Of a stretch of 64,000 nucleotides of DNA, positions 60,857-64,000 are shown in pieces; position 1 is the first letter of the stretch; the number at the start of each line of letters is the position of its first letter. The notes under the pieces were generated by a model. It ran no database searches, was not told where the DNA came from, and saw only the letters and a list, made by a program, of their open reading frames with translations. Source of the DNA: Patescibacteria group bacterium (GTDB lineage Bacteria > Patescibacteriota > Minisyncoccia > 2-02-FULL-40-12 > GWA2-44-9). A program made the translations under genes and the position numbers. The stretch covers positions 50,093 to 114,092 of the forward strand of contig JBBTSY010000005.1 in the NCBI GenBank assembly GCA_038064515.1, written 5' to 3'.

Positions 60857-62062
60857 CTATTTCCTGTTGTTTTTCCTATTTTGTGGCAGTCCGTTCACCA
60901 CGGACACATTCGGAAGCATCGCGTGAGGATACATCACCCTACGTAGGAGTAGAAGCATCCCAAATGCGTAGAATGGGGCGCTCGGAATCGCCATGCTACA
61001 CAGATGAGACAACGGGCACACACGCGCCACATCAGCATAGCGTGACGGCCAGAGTCCGGGATTGGCTTCCAAAACTTCTGGGTAAAGCAACTTGATGTTC
61101 CGACGCGACTGGCGGGTCTCCTTCCGGCCTCTCCCCCTACTTCTGGTTTGGAGTTCGCGAGGGCACAATTCACGGCTGAGCACCCACAAGGCCGGGTTGA
61201 TCGCAAGGTGGGAAAACCCGTGCTTGACCATGAAGGGCTGTGACCACAAGGCGATCGTGTCAGTAATGCGCTCTGTCACACGAACGATATTCCTGCCATT
61301 AAAGTCAGCCGGGTGGATTTTCTTTCCTTGGAACGGTTGGAGATCTTCCGGCTCCACGACACCGGTTGCAAAAAGCGCACGTTGAGCGTGAAAGTCCACT
61401 GGGATCGGTGCTGGAAAGACGGGAATGAGCCCCTTCTCCTGAAGCCAGATGGTGAACAGCGAGAAGATCTTCCGACGTATGCCTATGAAGGAACGTAGGC
61501 CCTTGTTGATCTTATTCTTGTAGTCGATCCGGGCATACGCTTGTTCGAAATCTGTAACTCCCGCAAAGATGTTGAGCGTGTTGCCTCCCCAGCGCTCAGC
61601 GAGCGTGACGGAGTTGTGGTACCAGGAAGCCGCAAACTCATCGAGCTTGTAGAGATCCTCGTTCTTGCCACTCTTTTTCTTTTTGCGAGGCTTCGTAAGC
61701 TTGAAAAGAGCCGTTTGCTCTGGCTCGGGCACCCAACTCCTTCGTTCTGTAACCACCAGCTTGATGACTTCCTCTATCTTCTTGGGCATCCAACGAGAGG
61801 CAACCGCAAGCGGATCGAAGAGATCTGGATGTTTCACGCAGAGGTGGTTCACCCACTTAAAGGGGTCTTCGCTCACAACTCCCCCGCGCTGGGTGATGGC
61901 CGCATACATGAAGTAGTTGGCTGCCTGTATCGGATCTTCCGGAATCGGCCAGCGATCTTGAGGAAGTTTGATTCCTTCGAACACGCTAGCCTTGCGTTCC
62001 CAGAAGTCTTGCAAGATGGTAAAGAGCTGGACTGCACGTTCTTCGTTGAACCGAAGCTTCAT
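60857..62062 (-). CDS. Divergent HhH-GPD (endonuclease III-like) DNA glycosylase-superfamily protein
   Basis: FIGIRRKI HhH-like motif, PIPVDFH (PVDTH-like catalytic Asp), ALWVLSRELC and CPLSHLC. ATG 62062 with GAAGGTGAG. Confidence 0.6.
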   Translation of the reverse strand: MKLRFNEERAVQLFTILQDFWERKASVFEGIKLPQDRWPIPEDPIQAANYFMYAAITQRGGVVSEDPFKWVNHLCVKHPDLFDPLAVASRWMPKKIEEVIKLVVTERRSWVPEPEQTALFKLTKPRKKKKSGKNEDLYKLDEFAASWYHNSVTLAERWGGNTLNIFAGVTDFEQAYARIDYKNKINKGLRSFIGIRRKIFSLFTIWLQEKGLIPVFPAPIPVDFHAQRALFATGVVEPEDLQPFQGKKIHPADFNGRNIVRVTERITDTIALWSQPFMVKHGFSHLAINPALWVLSRELCPRELQTRSRGRGRKETRQSRRNIKLLYPEVLEANPGLWPSRYADVARVCPLSHLCSMAIPSAPFYAFGMLLLLRRVMYPHAMLPNVSVVNGLPQNRKNNRK

Positions 62063-62183
62063 GGACTCACCTTCTTTCGTTCGGTTTGAGAACGTAGCCA
62101 GCGTAACAGGCAATTTTAAATGATACAAGGTACCTAATTCAGGTTGCCAGACCGCATAAATCGTGGTAGATTTCTTTGGTTCT

Positions 62184-63719
62184 ATGGCACTTGAAGAAGC
62201 CCAAAATCAGGAAAAACAGCTTCGACCACCGGTGGTGGTTGTTTTGGGTCACGTGGACCATGGCAAAACCGCGCTTCTCGACACAATCCGCAAAACTAAT
62301 GTCGCCGGCAAGGAGTCGGGCAGTATCACCCAACATATCGGCGCCTACCAAGCCGAGATTAATGGAAGAAAGATCACGTTTCTCGATACGCCTGGCCATG
62401 AAGCATTTAGCGCCATTCGCTCTCGCGGAGCAAAAGTCGCCGATATAGCAATTTTGGTTGTCGCCGCCGACGAAGGCGTAAAGCCTCAAACAAAGGAAGC
62501 CATTCACATCATTAAAGAAACGAAGATCCCCGTCATCGTTGCTATCAATAAAATAGATAAGGCAGAAGCTAATCCCCAAAAGGTTCGTCAGGATTTGGCA
62601 GTTGAAGAGATCCTCGTCGAGGACTGGGGCGGCACCGTGCCCATAGTTGAGGTCTCGGCTAAAACGGGAAAAAATATCTCTGAACTCCTAGACATGATCC
62701 TGCTCGTTGCCGACATTGAAGAACTTTTGAGCGATCCCTCCGGTCCTACTAAAGGTATTATTATTGAATCAAGTCTCGATAAACGGCGCGGTTACGTTGC
62801 TACGGCATTAATCCAAGAAGGTACATTGCGCGTCGGCGACTGGATTGTCGTAGGAACTATAGTAGGCAAAGTGAAATCGATGGAAAGCTATGACGGTAAA
62901 GCTATGACTCAAGCAATTCCGTCCGATCCGGTACTCCTCACCGGCTGGTCGGAAACTCCCCACATCGGCAAACAGCTGAACGTGGCGACATCCAAGGCCG
63001 AAGCTGAAACACTGGCCGAAGACAACGTTGATCTCGCTCCCCTTCTTCTCTTTATGGGCTCCGAGCCTGCCGCCCAGAATCCCAACAAGAAAATTTTTAA
63101 TGTTGTTATTAAATCAGATGTATCAAGCTCGCTTGAAGCTATCGATTCTGCCCTAAAGACCATACAATCCGACGATGTCGGCTTTAATGTTCTTGATTAC
63201 AGCATTGGCAACATCACCGAAGGCGATGTTAAAGTGGCATCAAGCACCAAGGCCGCAATTCTCGGCTTTCGCGTTAGCGTGGAAGACTCGGCAAAGCGGA
63301 TAGCTGAAAAGCGTGGCATTAAAATCACGACTTACGACATCATCTATGAAATGATCGCTCGAGTGCGCGATGATATGTCGGAACTTTTGGAGCCGGAGGT
63401 CAAGCGCAATGCTCTTGGTAAGCTCCGCGTATTGGCAATTTTTAAAAAAGACAGCAAGTCCATCGTTTGCGGTGGCAAAGTTACCTCTGGCAAAGTCATC
63501 CGTGGCGCTCTCATAGATGTTATGCGCGGCAAGGATCTCGTCATGAGCGGCCGCTTGGCCCAGCTCCAACAGAACAAGCAGGACGTCATCGAGGTCAACG
63601 AAGGTCTTGAGGCGGGTATCCGGTTTGATATCGTCAAGAGCGCAACTCCGTCCTCGGAAATCAAAGAAGGTGATATATTAGAAGTGTACGAAGAAGAGAA
63701 AGTGCAAAGAAGTTTATAA
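62184..63719 (+). CDS. infB: Translation initiation factor IF-2 (short form lacking the N-terminal extension)
   Basis: [48 protein letters not shown]. Start set at ATG 62184. Confidence 0.96.
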   Translation: MALEEAQNQEKQLRPPVVVVLGHVDHGKTALLDTIRKTNVAGKESGSITQHIGAYQAEINGRKITFLDTPGHEAFSAIRSRGAKVADIAILVVAADEGVKPQTKEAIHIIKETKIPVIVAINKIDKAEANPQKVRQDLAVEEILVEDWGGTVPIVEVSAKTGKNISELLDMILLVADIEELLSDPSGPTKGIIIESSLDKRRGYVATALIQEGTLRVGDWIVVGTIVGKVKSMESYDGKAMTQAIPSDPVLLTGWSETPHIGKQLNVATSKAEAETLAEDNVDLAPLLLFMGSEPAAQNPNKKIFNVVIKSDVSSSLEAIDSALKTIQSDDVGFNVLDYSIGNITEGDVKVASSTKAAILGFRVSVEDSAKRIAEKRGIKITTYDIIYEMIARVRDDMSELLEPEVKRNALGKLRVLAIFKKDSKSIVCGGKVTSGKVIRGALIDVMRGKDLVMSGRLAQLQQNKQDVIEVNEGLEAGIRFDIVKSATPSSEIKEGDILEVYEEEKVQRSL

Positions 63720-63721
63720 TT

Positions 63722-63794
63722 GGTGCCGTGGCGAAGAAGCAAACGCATTGGTCTGCAAAACCAACATTCGCGGGTGCAAGTCCCGCCGGCACCT
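63722..63794 (+). tRNA. tRNA-Cys (GCA)
   Basis: GGTGCCG/CGGCACC acceptor with U73, TTGGT-CTGCAAA-ACCAA anticodon arm. Variant T-loop TGCAAG. Starts 2 nt after the infB stop. Confidence 0.9.
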
Positions 63795-63827
63795 CCCCAT
63801 TTCCTCTCAAAGTTGTATAATAATTAG

Positions 63828-64000
63828 GTGGACTTAAATATCGTCCGACCGAAAGATCTCTGGTATGCAGTTGGAATTATTGTTACAGACGGGAGCTTGA
63901 GTAAAGACCAAAGGCATATTTATATCACTTCAAAAGATAAGGAGTTACTTTTGAAACTTCGTAAAGCGCTTCACCTCAAAGTGAAAATAGGTAAAAAAGC
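63828..64000 (+). CDS. Partial free-standing LAGLIDADG-family protein
   Basis: Not in ORF track. GTG 63828 reads MDLNIVRPKDLWYAVGIIVTDGSLSKDQRHIYITSKDKELL... with a LAGLIDADG helix. TATAAT 6 nt upstream. Confidence 0.75.
   Translation, partial: MDLNIVRPKDLWYAVGIIVTDGSLSKDQRHIYITSKDKELLLKLRKALHLKVKIGKK

Noticed and set aside
54840-62160. Integrative element with attL/attR at tRNA-Ser
   Set aside because: No integrase and no duplicated tRNA 3' end found. Called only a tRNA-adjacent island.

Overview
Chromosomal window from a CPR/Patescibacteria bacterium, most likely Parcubacteria. This assignment is inferred from the primer-divergent intron-bearing 16S gene, short IF-2, split transketolase, pilM-N-O-B-T-C cluster and giant surface protein. 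The backbone is mostly minus-strand housekeeping genes: tkt N-subunit, gap, rnhB, trmH, trmD, khpA, leuS, tatD, metG, rsmI, gatA, gatC, ligA, infB and four tRNAs. Accessory content: (1) a complete diversity-generating retroelement between ligA and gatC, with RT, an antisense avd overlapping the RT start across a shared C9/G9 tract, and a 116-nt TR/VR pair with 20 mismatches, all at TR adenines; (2) a stand-alone 16S rRNA gene interrupted at about S793 by a group I intron encoding a LAGLIDADG endonuclease; (3) a cluster of membrane-anchored cohesin/dockerin proteins; (4) a 2981-aa HTH-TM-fibre-autochaperone protein; (5) a type IV pilus/competence cluster; (6) a tRNA-Ser-adjacent defence-like island with an HTH-nuclease, C5 methylase, LexA-like repressor and SEC-C/PIN-like protein, plus a nearby HhH-GPD-like glycosylase; (7) small palindromic or MITE-like elements inserted in frame in enzymes, in a prepilin leader and at the ligA start codon; (8) an unassigned ~165-nt structured intergenic RNA candidate. 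All calls come from reading motifs by eye; no database searches were run.
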